Source: Candidatus Velthaea sp.
GTDB taxonomy: Bacteria; Vulcanimicrobiota; Vulcanimicrobiia; Vulcanimicrobiales; Vulcanimicrobiaceae
NCBI GenBank assembly: GCA_050012475.1
Contig: JBEKHC010000061.1
Location: forward strand, 1-31,421
Reading direction: 5' to 3'
DNA: 31,421 bases
Shown here: positions 16,190 to 25,997 of the stretch, one piece after another
How the letters are laid out: each line of letters opens with the position of its first letter
How positions within the stretch are numbered: the stretch's first letter is position 1
Notes under the pieces: generated by a model
What the model saw: only the letters and a program-made list of their open reading frames with translations
What the model was told of the DNA's origin: nothing
The model's database searches: none
Position numbers and translations under genes: made by a program

Positions 16190-17028
16190 CACTCCACCTC
16201 GTAAGCGATCGGCACCATCGTTTGCAGTGCTTTGGGCGGACGTTCGTAGGCCCGCTTCTGACGCACCGGAACTTCGATGTGCTCGTGCGGTACCGACTCG
16301 TACGGAATGAGCGACAGCAGGTGCCGGATCAAATTGAGGTGCGCGCTTTTCTTGTTGTCGGTCTCGACCACGTACCACGGCGATTCTTTGATATCGGTAT
16401 AGGAGAACATCTGGTCTTTGGCCTCGGAGTAATCGACCCAGCGCGCGCGAGCCTGGAGATCCATCGGGCTGAGTTTCCAGCGCTTGCGCGGATCGTTGAT
16501 CCGCGACTGGAACCGCCGCTCTTGTTCCTCATCGCTGACCGACAGCCAATACTTGATCAAGATGATTCCCGAGCGAATCAACATGCGCTCGAACTGCGGA
16601 CAGGTGCGCATGAACTCTTCGTATTCGTCGTCGGTGCAGAAGCCCATGACGTGCTCCACGCCGGCGCGGTTGTACCAGCTGCGGTCGAAGAGCACCATTT
16701 CACCCGCCGACGGCAAGTGCGCGACATACCGTTGAAAATACCACTGGGTGCGTTCGCGTTCGGTCGGAGCGGGCAAAGCCGCGACGTGACACAGGCGCGG
16801 ATTGAGCATCGCGGTGATGCGTTTGATCATTCCGCCCTTGCCCGCCGTGTCGCGCCCTTCGAAGATGACGACGACCCGCAAGCCCTGGTGCCGCACCCAC
16901 TCCTCGAACCGCAAGAGTTCGATCTGCAAGCGCCGCAGTTCTTTCTCGTACTCTTTGCGCGAAAAGCGAGCCGGCGATCCAGCCGACTCGTCGGCGCTTG
17001 CTGTTTTATCGTTTTTGTGTGCAGCCAT
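16189..17028 (-). CDS. ppk2: Polyphosphate kinase 2
   Basis: FEGRDTAGKGG, WYFQRY, FDRSWYNRAGVEHVMGF, WKLSPMD motifs. Confidence 0.95.
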   Translation of the reverse strand: MAAHKNDKTASADESAGSPARFSRKEYEKELRRLQIELLRFEEWVRHQGLRVVVIFEGRDTAGKGGMIKRITAMLNPRLCHVAALPAPTERERTQWYFQRYVAHLPSAGEMVLFDRSWYNRAGVEHVMGFCTDDEYEEFMRTCPQFERMLIRSGIILIKYWLSVSDEEQERRFQSRINDPRKRWKLSPMDLQARARWVDYSEAKDQMFSYTDIKESPWYVVETDNKKSAHLNLIRHLLSLIPYESVPHEHIEVPVRQKRAYERPPKALQTMVPIAYEVE

Positions 17029-17198
17029 CGACCTAGCGTCGGTATGCCACACACGCGTTGGAAATTCCGCCGCGGCACCGCGGCTGTCGCCGGCGTCCGC
17101 ACGGAGCCCCGGCCGCGGGCGCCGGGACAAGCGAGCGGTCCAAAACGCGCCGCGATTTCTCCCTGGTTCGGTTTTGCGGCCTGCGGTACGATGACGCC

Positions 17199-18176
17199 AT
17201 GCAAACGCGAACGCTTGGAACCCAGGGGCTCAAAGTCGGCGCGATCGGGCTCGGCTGCATGGGCATGAGTTTCGCCTACGGCACGCCCAACGACCCGGAA
17301 TCGATCGCGACGATCCACCGCGCACTCGAACTCGGCGTGACGCTGCTCGACACGGCGGAGGTCTACGGCCCCTACACCAACGAACGCCTCGTCGGCCAAG
17401 CGATCAAAGGCCGGCGCGAAGGTGTTGTGATCGCGACCAAATTCGGCTTCCGCTTGGGCGCGAATCAGCCGCGCGGCGTCGACGGCACGCCGGCCAACGT
17501 CAAAAAAGTCGCCGACGAGTCGCTGCAGCGGCTGGGCATCGACGTCATCGATCTCTACTACCAGCATCGCCGCGATCCGGGCGTGCCGATCGAAGAAACG
17601 GTCGGCGCGATGAAGGAGCTGGTGCAAGCGGGGAAGGTTCGCTATCTGGGGTTGTCCGAGGTCGGGCCGGAAACGCTGACCCGGGCGAACGCGGTGCATC
17701 CGATCAGCGCGCTGCAAACCGAATACTCGCTGTGGGAACGCGGCGTCGAAGTCAGGGTTTTTCCGGTGTTGCGGGAACTGGGCATCGGCTTCGTTCCCTA
17801 TAGTCCGCTGGGGCGCGGCTTTCTCACCGGAGCGTTCGCGAATTCGAGCGAACTCGAAGGGGACGATTGGCGGCGCACCGTTCCGCGCTTCGATGAGGCG
17901 AATGCCGAAGCCAACGGGCGCGTCGTCGCCGTCGTCAAGCGCGTCGCCGGCAAGTACGCCGCGACGCCTGCTCAAATCGCGCTCGCGTGGGTGCTTGCCC
18001 AGGGCGACGACCTGGTTCCCATCCCCGGCACGAAGCGGCGCACGTATCTCGAGGAAAACCTGCGCGCGCAGGACGTGCACCTCGACACGGACGATCTCGC
18101 CGACCTCGACGGCGTCGCGGCGCTGGCCAGCGGCGCGCGCTATTCCGCGGAGATGATGGCGCTCAGCGAATCCTGA
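17199..18176 (+). CDS. Aldo/keto reductase
   Basis: [41 protein letters not shown]; the ATG lies 6 nt after TACGAT (likely leaderless). Confidence 0.95.
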   Translation: MQTRTLGTQGLKVGAIGLGCMGMSFAYGTPNDPESIATIHRALELGVTLLDTAEVYGPYTNERLVGQAIKGRREGVVIATKFGFRLGANQPRGVDGTPANVKKVADESLQRLGIDVIDLYYQHRRDPGVPIEETVGAMKELVQAGKVRYLGLSEVGPETLTRANAVHPISALQTEYSLWERGVEVRVFPVLRELGIGFVPYSPLGRGFLTGAFANSSELEGDDWRRTVPRFDEANAEANGRVVAVVKRVAGKYAATPAQIALAWVLAQGDDLVPIPGTKRRTYLEENLRAQDVHLDTDDLADLDGVAALASGARYSAEMMALSES

Positions 18177-18738
18177 GCGGCTCTGGGCGCTCGCGGAAGC
18201 CGGTCGGAAGGCCGTCGATGCTGCGCGCGTTCTTCTCGCGCCGATAGGCGCGCAGCCCGGCTTCGCCTTTGGTCGCGGCCCAGCGCTGCAGCGTATCGCG
18301 TTCGCCCGTATACGCGAAGCACGGAACGCCGAAGCCGCACGACGTTTGCACGCGCTCGACGTCGAGCACGATCAGCTGCCGGGCTCCGGGCGGTTCGGCG
18401 CCGCCGAAATGCTCGGCCAACAATGCGTCGTAACGCGGGTCGTCGCGCAGCACGACGCGGCCGGCGCCGTACAGTCGAAGGATCAACGGCGGTCCGTCGA
18501 ACGCGCAGAACATCAGGGTGAGGCGCCCGTCGGCGCAGAGATGCGCGGCGGTTTCGTTGCCGCTGCCGGTGAGGTCGAGATACGCGACGGCGTTCGCGCC
18601 GAGGATGCGCAGCGCCGCGGTCGGCTTGGGCGAGACATTGATGCGAGCGCCCGCGGCCGCCGAGGCGATAAAGAAGATGCGCTGACGAGCGATGAATTCG
18701 CGATGCGCGGGCTCGAGCGCCGAAAAGGACTTCCCCAT
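18163..18738 (-). CDS. Pyridoxamine 5'-phosphate oxidase-like protein
   Basis: [56 protein letters not shown] motifs. Confidence 0.88.
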   Translation of the reverse strand: MGKSFSALEPAHREFIARQRIFFIASAAAGARINVSPKPTAALRILGANAVAYLDLTGSGNETAAHLCADGRLTLMFCAFDGPPLILRLYGAGRVVLRDDPRYDALLAEHFGGAEPPGARQLIVLDVERVQTSCGFGVPCFAYTGERDTLQRWAATKGEAGLRAYRREKNARSIDGLPTGFRERPEPLRIR

Positions 18739-19152
18739 CCGGCTTCATTCGCGCCTGGGCGGGCGACGGACTTCAAACCGGGCAACTGCGCCGAACGACT
18801 GCGGCGCGACCTTCGGCGCGGATTCGAGACGACGCGCCGCGTCGTGGCGGCGCCCGCTAAACGTCGATCCCGGCACGACCCTGCCTGCAATGGGGTCGCT
18901 TGCTCGTTCCGGCTCGCCGTCGCGAACCTCGAGGCCGCTTCGCGCATGCAGCGCAACGCGGCCCTCGAGGCGGCGCCCCCTCCACGTCTTTGCCGATGTC
19001 TGCGAGCGATATCGGCGTGAAACGCGAACGCTTCGATCACGATGCCGTTAAGCGCACCAAGCATTTACTCATAACCTTAAGCAAATGCACAACGGAACGT
19101 TAATCGGCGGATATGATGAAGTTGAGAAGAGTTCATGAAGACGCGGCGCTGC

Positions 19153-19170
19153 ATGTGAATCACCGCACAA
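19153..19170. promoter_or_regulatory. CRP/FNR- or Rex-like palindrome in a long AT-richer intergenic region
   Basis: aTGTGAatcaccGCACAa matches TGTGA-N6-TCACA at 9 of 10 positions. Confidence 0.35.
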
Positions 19171-19716
19171 GGTGCGTTGTCATTCCTCAAAACGCGCGTA
19201 CGGCTGCGTGAGGTACAGGGGCATCAATCACCGGTCGAGAAACCACGCGTCGTAACGGCCGTCATTTCATCGTGGCGAATATTTGCGTCTCCGCAGTTTG
19301 ATTCTCAATTTACCGCACATCTGTCGCCTGTCCTTATGAACGCGGCACGCAGCCGGACGTAGAAACGATTTAAGGTTGGAACACGCAGTCCCGTTCGATC
19401 GCCGAAGCGCTTCGGCGCCTAGTGAGTCGGAACCCGATATAACCGTCGACCGCGGCCGGCTGACATTTCTGACCTTCGTCTCGCGAACTTTGCGCCGTTG
19501 CACGGCGAATTTTTTTGTCACCCGATATGACGCCCCGGTACGTCGCCCGAGGCGCGCGCACGCATCCAAAGGAACAGTGCGACCAAGCGGACCATTTTGA
19601 GAGATCACCTGAGAGTTGTAATGTATGCCGATACACCCGCCCCGAGCCGCCGAACACGAACCGCGCATCAGCCATCGCCCGCGTCGGCGGCGCTCACGCC
19701 AGCTGAGGAATAAATC

Positions 19717-21351
19717 ATGATCGAGCACGAGCTAGACATCACCCCGATCGTCGATCTTACCAGCGAAAAAGGGGCGGGCCCGGTACGCGTGCAGCGTCCG
19801 GTGTATCTGGAGCATCTCCCGCCGTGCAACGTCGCCTGCCCCGCCGGCGAAGACATTCAAGGCTGGCTCGCGTTCGCGCAGGCCGGTGACTTCAAAGCGG
19901 CCTGGGAGCGGCTGGTGACGGACAATCCGATGCCCGCCGTGCATGGTCGCGTGTGCTACCATCCGTGCGAGACGAGCTGCAACCGCGCCGAATTCGACGG
20001 GGCGGTCAGCATCCACGCCGTCGAGCGTTTCCTGGGCGACATGGCGCTGCGTGAAGGCTGGCGGGTTCCCGTCACCGCGCCGCCGAGCGGGAAACGCGTC
20101 CTCGTCGTGGGCGCCGGCCCCAGCGGCCTCTCCGCAGCATATCATCTCACCCGCATGGGGCATCAGGTCGAAGTCTTCGAGGCCGGCCCGTTGCCCGGCG
20201 GGATGCTCCACTTCGGCATCCCTGCGTACCGGCTGCCGCGCGCCGACCTGATGGCGGAGATCAAACGCATCGAGGACCTGGGCGTGAAAATCGTCCTCAA
20301 CAAAAAGGTTGAGAACGTGCTCGAGGAGATGACGGCCGGTAAATTCGATGCCGTGTTCATCGCCATCGGCGCGCATCTGTCCAAACATGTCGATATACCG
20401 GCCCGCGACGCGGTCAAGATGCTCGACGCGGTCAAGCTTTTGCGCGACGTCGAGACCGGCGACGCGCCGGTGCTCGGCCGCCGCGTGGTCATTTACGGCG
20501 GCGGAAACACCGCGATGGACGCCGCGCGAACGGCGAAACGCCTGGGCGCGACCGAAGCGCTCATCGTCTACCGCCGCGACCGCGCCCACATGCCGGCACA
20601 TGAATTCGAGGCCGACGAGGCATTGTCCGAAGGCGTGAAAATCAAATGGCTGACGTCGATCAAACAGATCGACGGCGCCGATCTCACCGTCGAAGTCATG
20701 GAACTCGACGAAAAGGGCTGGCCGCAGCCCACCGGACAGTTCGAGACGCTGCAAGCCGACGCGGTCGTGCTCGCGCTCGGTCAAGACGCCGAGAGCGGCT
20801 TCCTCAAGACCATTCCCGAGATCGAGTTTCAGAAAGACGGAACCGTCATCGTCGCGCCCAACATGATGACCGGTCGCGCGGGAATCTTTGCCGGCGGCGA
20901 CATGGTGCCTAGCCAGCGCACGGTGACGATCGCCACGGGCCACGGGAAGAAGGCCGCTCGCAACATCGATACGTGGCTGCGCGGCCTAGCGTATGAAGCG
21001 CCGCCCAAGCATCCGACGGTCGCTTTTCACCAGCTCAATCTGCCGATCTTCAGCGACGTGCTGGCGTCCGCGCAGCGTGAATTGGCGGTCGACGTTCGGA
21101 CGGCCGGCTTCGATGAAGTGGTTGCCGGTTTGACCGAGCATCAGGCGCTGCGCGAAGCTCAGCGGTGCTTGTCGTGCGGCAATTGCTTCGAGTGCGACAA
21201 CTGTTTTGCCGCGTGTCCCGAAGATGCCATCGTCAAGCTCGGCAAAGGAAAGGGCTACGACGTCGACTTCAAACTGTGCACGGGCTGCGCAACGTGTTTC
21301 GGCGTTTGTCCGTGCCACGCCATCGAAATGATCAAGGAGCCGGTATCATGA
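19717..21351 (+). CDS. GltD/NfnB-like Fe-S flavoprotein NAD(P)H oxidoreductase with a C-terminal 2x[4Fe-4S] ferredoxin domain
   Basis: PPCNVACP, GRVCYHPCETSC, VVGAGPSG, GIPAYRLP, GGGNTAMD, YRR, FAGGD, then CxxCxxCxxxCP twice; RBS GAGGA. Confidence 0.9.
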   Translation: MIEHELDITPIVDLTSEKGAGPVRVQRPVYLEHLPPCNVACPAGEDIQGWLAFAQAGDFKAAWERLVTDNPMPAVHGRVCYHPCETSCNRAEFDGAVSIHAVERFLGDMALREGWRVPVTAPPSGKRVLVVGAGPSGLSAAYHLTRMGHQVEVFEAGPLPGGMLHFGIPAYRLPRADLMAEIKRIEDLGVKIVLNKKVENVLEEMTAGKFDAVFIAIGAHLSKHVDIPARDAVKMLDAVKLLRDVETGDAPVLGRRVVIYGGGNTAMDAARTAKRLGATEALIVYRRDRAHMPAHEFEADEALSEGVKIKWLTSIKQIDGADLTVEVMELDEKGWPQPTGQFETLQADAVVLALGQDAESGFLKTIPEIEFQKDGTVIVAPNMMTGRAGIFAGGDMVPSQRTVTIATGHGKKAARNIDTWLRGLAYEAPPKHPTVAFHQLNLPIFSDVLASAQRELAVDVRTAGFDEVVAGLTEHQALREAQRCLSCGNCFECDNCFAACPEDAIVKLGKGKGYDVDFKLCTGCATCFGVCPCHAIEMIKEPVS

Positions 21352-24300
21352 GTAATCGCGTAACGATGGACGGTAACACCGGCGTCGCACACGTCGCCTA
21401 TCGGGTCAGCGAGATCTGTGCGATCTACCCGATCACGCCGTCGTCGACGATGGCCGAGCTTGCGGACGAATGGGTGTCGCAGGGCGTCAAAAACATCTGG
21501 GGCCGGTTGCCGGTCGTCCAGGAGATGCAAAGCGAAGGCGGCGCGGCAGGTGTGCTGCACGGTGCGCTGCAGTCCGGCGCACTCACGACGACCTTTACGG
21601 CGTCGCAAGGCCTCATGTTGATGATCCCCAACATGTTCAAGATCGCCGGCGAACTCACGCCGTGCGTCTTCCATGTCGCGGCCCGCGCGCTGGCGACGTC
21701 GGCCCTGTCGATCTTCGGCGATCACTCCGACGTGATGGCCGTGCGCGGCACGGGTTTTGCCCTGCTGTCGTCGGCGAACGTCCAAGAAGCACACGATGCG
21801 GCGCTGATCGCGCACACGGCGACGCTCGAGTCGCGCGTCCCCTTCCTTCACTTCTTCGACGGCTTCCGCACCTCGCACGAACTCAATACCCTCGATCTGA
21901 TGCCCGACGACGTCATCCGCGCGATGATCGACGACAATCTCGTGCGCGCGCATCGCGAGCGCGCGCTCAATCCCGAACATCCGTTCATCCGCGGCACGGC
22001 ACACAATCCGGACACGTACTTCCAGGCACGCGAAGCGGGCAATAACTACTACACGGAGACCCCAGCGATCGTGCAAGCAGCAATGGATCGCTTCGCCAAG
22101 CTGACCGGCCGCCAATACAGTCTCTTCGAGTACGAAGGCGCGCCGGATGCCGAACGGATCGTCATCCTCATGGGCTCGGGCGCCGAGACCGCGCGCACGA
22201 CCGTCAAGGCGCTCACCGAAGCGGGCGAAAAAGTCGGCGTGCTGCAAGTTCGCCTGTACCGGCCGTTCTCGGCCAAGGACTTCTTGGCCGCGATCCCGCA
22301 ATCGGTGCGCGCCGTCGCCGTGCTCGAGGAAACCAAAGAGCCGGGTTCGGCCGGCGAACCGCTGTATCTCGACGTCACGACGACGCTCGCGCAGAGCGTT
22401 GCGCGCAACGAACGCGTGCTCATGCCGCGCGTGATCGGCGGCCGCTACGGCATTTCGTCCAAAGACTTCACGCCCGCGATGGTCAAGGCCGTCTTGGACG
22501 AGATCAAAAAGCCCGAGCCCAAGAACAGCTTCACGGTCGGCATCAACGACGACGTGTCGCACACCAGCTTGGCGATCGATCTCAACTACACGATCGAAAC
22601 CGAAAAAGTCACGCGCTGCGTCTTCTACGGTTTGGGCGCCGACGGAACGGTCGGTGCGAATAAGAACAGTGTCAAGATCATCGCCCAGGACGCCGGCTTG
22701 TACGCGCAGGGCTACTTCGTCTACGACTCGCACAAATCGGGTGCGCAAACGATCTCGCATCTGCGCTTCGGTCCCGAGCCGATCCGGGCACCGTTTTTGA
22801 TCTCCTCGGCGAGTTTCGTCGCGTGTCATCAATTCGGGTTCATCGCCCGTGCCGACGTGCTGCGGCTGGCCGCGCCCGGCGCCGTCTTCCTCTTGAACAG
22901 CCCCTTCGGGCCGGACGAAGTCTGGGACCATCTGCCGCGCGCCGTGCAGCAGCCGATCATCGACAAGAAACTGCGCTTCTACGTCATCGACGCCTCGAAA
23001 GTGGCGCGCGACGTCGGCCTGGGCGCCCGCACGAATACCATTCTGCAAACCTGCTTCTTCGCGATCTCGGGCGTGCTGCCGCGCGACGAGGCGATCCACC
23101 ACATCAAGGAATCGATCCGCAAGACGTATTCGCGTAAGGGCGACGCTGTCGTCCAGCAGAACTACGCGGCCGTCGACGGAACGCTGGCCAACCTCTTCGA
23201 GGTGAAAGTTCCCGCCAGCGTCACGAGCACGTTCGATCGTCCGTTGATCGTCCCCGCGGATGCCCCGCAGTTCGTCCAAGACGTGACGGCGCGGATGATG
23301 GAAGGCTACGGCGACGAAATCCCGGTTAGCAAAATGCCCGTCGACGGAACGTTCCTCTCGGGCACGAGCGCCTTCGAGAAGCGGAATGTCGGCGACGACG
23401 TTCCGGTCTGGGAAGCCGATACGTGCATCCAATGCGGACAATGCAGTTTCGTTTGCCCGCACAGCGTCATCCGGGCCAAATACTATAACGAAGAACAGCT
23501 CGAGAAGGCGCCCCAAGGGTTCAAGTCTGCGCCGATCAACGTGCGCGGATTCCCCGAAGTGCGCTTCAGCATGGAGTTCTACCTCGAGGACTGCACGAGT
23601 TGCGGCCTGTGCGTTGAGGCCTGCCCGGCCGTCGATCCGTTCGACATCAACCGCCGCGCGATCAACCTCGCCGACAAGCTGCCGCTCATCGAGCCCGGCC
23701 GCACCAACATCAAGTTCTTCGAGAGCTTGCCGATGAACGACCGCGCCCGCGTCGACTTCGCCAACGTGCGCGGCGTCCAATTCCTCCAGCCGCTCTTCGA
23801 GTTCCCGGGCGCGTGCGCGGGTTGCGGCGAGACGCCGTACATCAAACTGCTCTCGCAACTCTTCGGCGACCGGCTCCAAATCGCCAACGCCACGGGCTGC
23901 TCGTCGATCTACGGCGGAAACCTGCCGGTGACGCCCTGGACGAAGGATGCCGAGGGCCGCGGTCCGGCTTGGTCCAACTCGCTCTTCGAGGACAATGCAG
24001 AGTTCGGGCTCGGTTTCCGGCTCGCTGCCGACGAACACGTCGATCTCGCCCACTCATTGCTGCGCAAACTGGCGCCCGAGGTCGGCCAGGATTTGGTCGA
24101 TGAGATCATCAAGGCGCCGCAGATTCGCGAGTCGGAGATTCGCGCGCAGCGCGTTCGGGTCGCGGAACTGAAAGTCAAACTGCTCCTGCTCGATGATGAG
24201 CGCGCCCGCGATCTGCTCTCGGTCGTCGACCATCTCGTGCGCCGGAGCGTCTGGCTCATCGGCGGTGACGGTTGGGCCTACGACATCGGCTACGGTGGTC

Positions 24301-24995
24301 TCGACCACGTGCTGGCGTCGGGGCGCAACGTCAACGTCCTGGTGCTCGACACCGAAGTGTACTCCAACACCGGCGGTCAATCGTCGAAAGCGACGCCGCT
24401 GGGTGCGGTCGCCAAATTCGCTGCGGCGGGCAAACGAACCGCACGCAAGGATCTGGCGATGCAGGCGATCGCCTACGGGAATGTCTACGTCGCAACCGTC
24501 GCTCTCGGCGCGAACTCGCAGCAAACGCTCGATGCGTTCCGCGAAGCCGAGGCGTACGATGGCCCGTCGCTCATCCTCGCGTACAGCCACTGCATCGCGC
24601 AGGGCATCGACATGCGGTTGGGCATGCGCCAACAGGATCTCGCGGTCGCCAGTGGACACTGGCCGCTGATCCGCTTCAACCCCGCACGGCGGACGGTTGG
24701 CGCCAATCCGTTCCAACTCGATTCGCCGCGGCCGACGATCACGCTCAAGGAGTACGCCTACAACGAGTTGCGCTACAAGTCGTTGTCGGTAGCAAGGCCC
24801 GAAGAAGCGGCGGAGCTCGTCGAAATGGCGCAGGCCGTTGCGACCGAGCGCTATCGATCGTACGAGGAATTCGCCCGACGCGACGGGAGTCGCTTCCACC
24901 CGGCTGCCGAAGCGGTCGATCGCGAATCGATCGTCGATCACCCCGAGGCGGATGACGCGCACCACAACGGCGCGGAGCCGTTCCGCAAGACCTAA
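21348..24995 (+). CDS. nifJ: Pyruvate:ferredoxin (flavodoxin) oxidoreductase
   Basis: YPITPSS, EMQSEGGAAG, GLGADGTVGANKNS, two 4Fe-4S motifs, GACAGCGET, NATGCSSIYGG, GGDGWAYDIG; ATGA overlap with the upstream gene. Confidence 0.96.
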   Translation: MSNRVTMDGNTGVAHVAYRVSEICAIYPITPSSTMAELADEWVSQGVKNIWGRLPVVQEMQSEGGAAGVLHGALQSGALTTTFTASQGLMLMIPNMFKIAGELTPCVFHVAARALATSALSIFGDHSDVMAVRGTGFALLSSANVQEAHDAALIAHTATLESRVPFLHFFDGFRTSHELNTLDLMPDDVIRAMIDDNLVRAHRERALNPEHPFIRGTAHNPDTYFQAREAGNNYYTETPAIVQAAMDRFAKLTGRQYSLFEYEGAPDAERIVILMGSGAETARTTVKALTEAGEKVGVLQVRLYRPFSAKDFLAAIPQSVRAVAVLEETKEPGSAGEPLYLDVTTTLAQSVARNERVLMPRVIGGRYGISSKDFTPAMVKAVLDEIKKPEPKNSFTVGINDDVSHTSLAIDLNYTIETEKVTRCVFYGLGADGTVGANKNSVKIIAQDAGLYAQGYFVYDSHKSGAQTISHLRFGPEPIRAPFLISSASFVACHQFGFIARADVLRLAAPGAVFLLNSPFGPDEVWDHLPRAVQQPIIDKKLRFYVIDASKVARDVGLGARTNTILQTCFFAISGVLPRDEAIHHIKESIRKTYSRKGDAVVQQNYAAVDGTLANLFEVKVPASVTSTFDRPLIVPADAPQFVQDVTARMMEGYGDEIPVSKMPVDGTFLSGTSAFEKRNVGDDVPVWEADTCIQCGQCSFVCPHSVIRAKYYNEEQLEKAPQGFKSAPINVRGFPEVRFSMEFYLEDCTSCGLCVEACPAVDPFDINRRAINLADKLPLIEPGRTNIKFFESLPMNDRARVDFANVRGVQFLQPLFEFPGACAGCGETPYIKLLSQLFGDRLQIANATGCSSIYGGNLPVTPWTKDAEGRGPAWSNSLFEDNAEFGLGFRLAADEHVDLAHSLLRKLAPEVGQDLVDEIIKAPQIRESEIRAQRVRVAELKVKLLLLDDERARDLLSVVDHLVRRSVWLIGGDGWAYDIGYGGLDHVLASGRNVNVLVLDTEVYSNTGGQSSKATPLGAVAKFAAAGKRTARKDLAMQAIAYGNVYVATVALGANSQQTLDAFREAEAYDGPSLILAYSHCIAQGIDMRLGMRQQDLAVASGHWPLIRFNPARRTVGANPFQLDSPRPTITLKEYAYNELRYKSLSVARPEEAAELVEMAQAVATERYRSYEEFARRDGSRFHPAAEAVDRESIVDHPEADDAHHNGAEPFRKT

Positions 24996-25041
24996 TTCGC
25001 TAACCGCTCCGGCGGGTCAGGCGAAGCTCCCGCGGCTCGCT

Positions 25042-25935
25042 CTACGATATCGTAGGGCGAGCCGTTTGATTTTCTCGATTGTCGTTCGACGCGGTTTGGA
25101 GCGGCGAGCCGTCGCCGACGCGAACGGTAACCGAGTCGCCGACGTGGATCATGCGTCCGGCTTGCGACGCTGCGGGGCGCGTGTTCACCGCAAGGCGATA
25201 GAAATGATCGAAACGGGTGCGTTGGGCCCACGCCGGCAGCGTCGCCGCGCGCTGCTCGGCGACGCGCTTGGCGAACCCCGCGATGGGCTGGCCGGAGTCG
25301 GGATCGCGTGTCGGAACCACGCAGCGCTGACACGGATTCGTGCCTTCGAGCCAAGCCTCACCCACGCAAAACGGCACGCCCATCCCGGCCTTCGCGAACA
25401 GATGGTCCTCCCAGAATGGCGGAACGCCGCCGATCTCGACGTTCGTACGCAGCCGCGCACGCATGCCGTTGATGTCCAATCCGGGAAACCAGGTCGCGAT
25501 CGCGGCCAGCGACGCGGTCGAGACGATCGTCGGACCGGGGGCATCCGTGTCGTCCGGAAATCCGCCGTTACTTTCGCGCCGCACGCCGATTCGCTGCCCG
25601 AAGTGCCGCTCGAGCCATGCCTCGAGTTTGCGCGGGCTCGCTTCGAGATCGTAGACAAAGCGCTCCCCCGTGAGCGCGCTGGTGAATGCTGCGCTGCTCA
25701 AGCCCTCGTCGTACCGGACGCGCAAAGCATGGACGCCAGGATTGCGTTTGCCGTTGACGCAGGTGCCGCTCTCATCGAAGAGCGCGAATTCACGGTCGCG
25801 CCGGAAGCCGCCCCGGTGCGTCAGTGTCGCGGCCGAAACGTCCGCACCGGGCAACGATTTGAACGGAAACACGGAAAGTCGCGCGACGACGGCGCTGTTG
25901 AGGCAAACGGGTTCACCGTTGTCATGTGTTGGCAC
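25042..25935 (-). CDS. MOSC domain protein (N-terminal beta-barrel plus MOSC)
   Basis: LSVFPFKSLPG, DREFAL.D, RLRTNVEI.G.PPFWED, PCQRC.VPTRDP, GRMIHVGD; start uncertain. Confidence 0.88.
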   Translation of the reverse strand: MPTHDNGEPVCLNSAVVARLSVFPFKSLPGADVSAATLTHRGGFRRDREFALFDESGTCVNGKRNPGVHALRVRYDEGLSSAAFTSALTGERFVYDLEASPRKLEAWLERHFGQRIGVRRESNGGFPDDTDAPGPTIVSTASLAAIATWFPGLDINGMRARLRTNVEIGGVPPFWEDHLFAKAGMGVPFCVGEAWLEGTNPCQRCVVPTRDPDSGQPIAGFAKRVAEQRAATLPAWAQRTRFDHFYRLAVNTRPAASQAGRMIHVGDSVTVRVGDGSPLQTASNDNRENQTARPTIS

Positions 25936-25997
25936 TCGCCGCGTGGGGTTTGCTCAGGCGGGGCCCGGTTCCTCGATCCAACGATTCCCGTGTTTCA

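Noticed and set aside
21255..24053. Long antisense ORFs (932 aa opposite nifJ; also 647-2224, 16827-18080, 19732-20943)
   Set aside because: Shadow ORFs arising from GC-rich codon bias opposite well-supported genes; no recognisable motifs.
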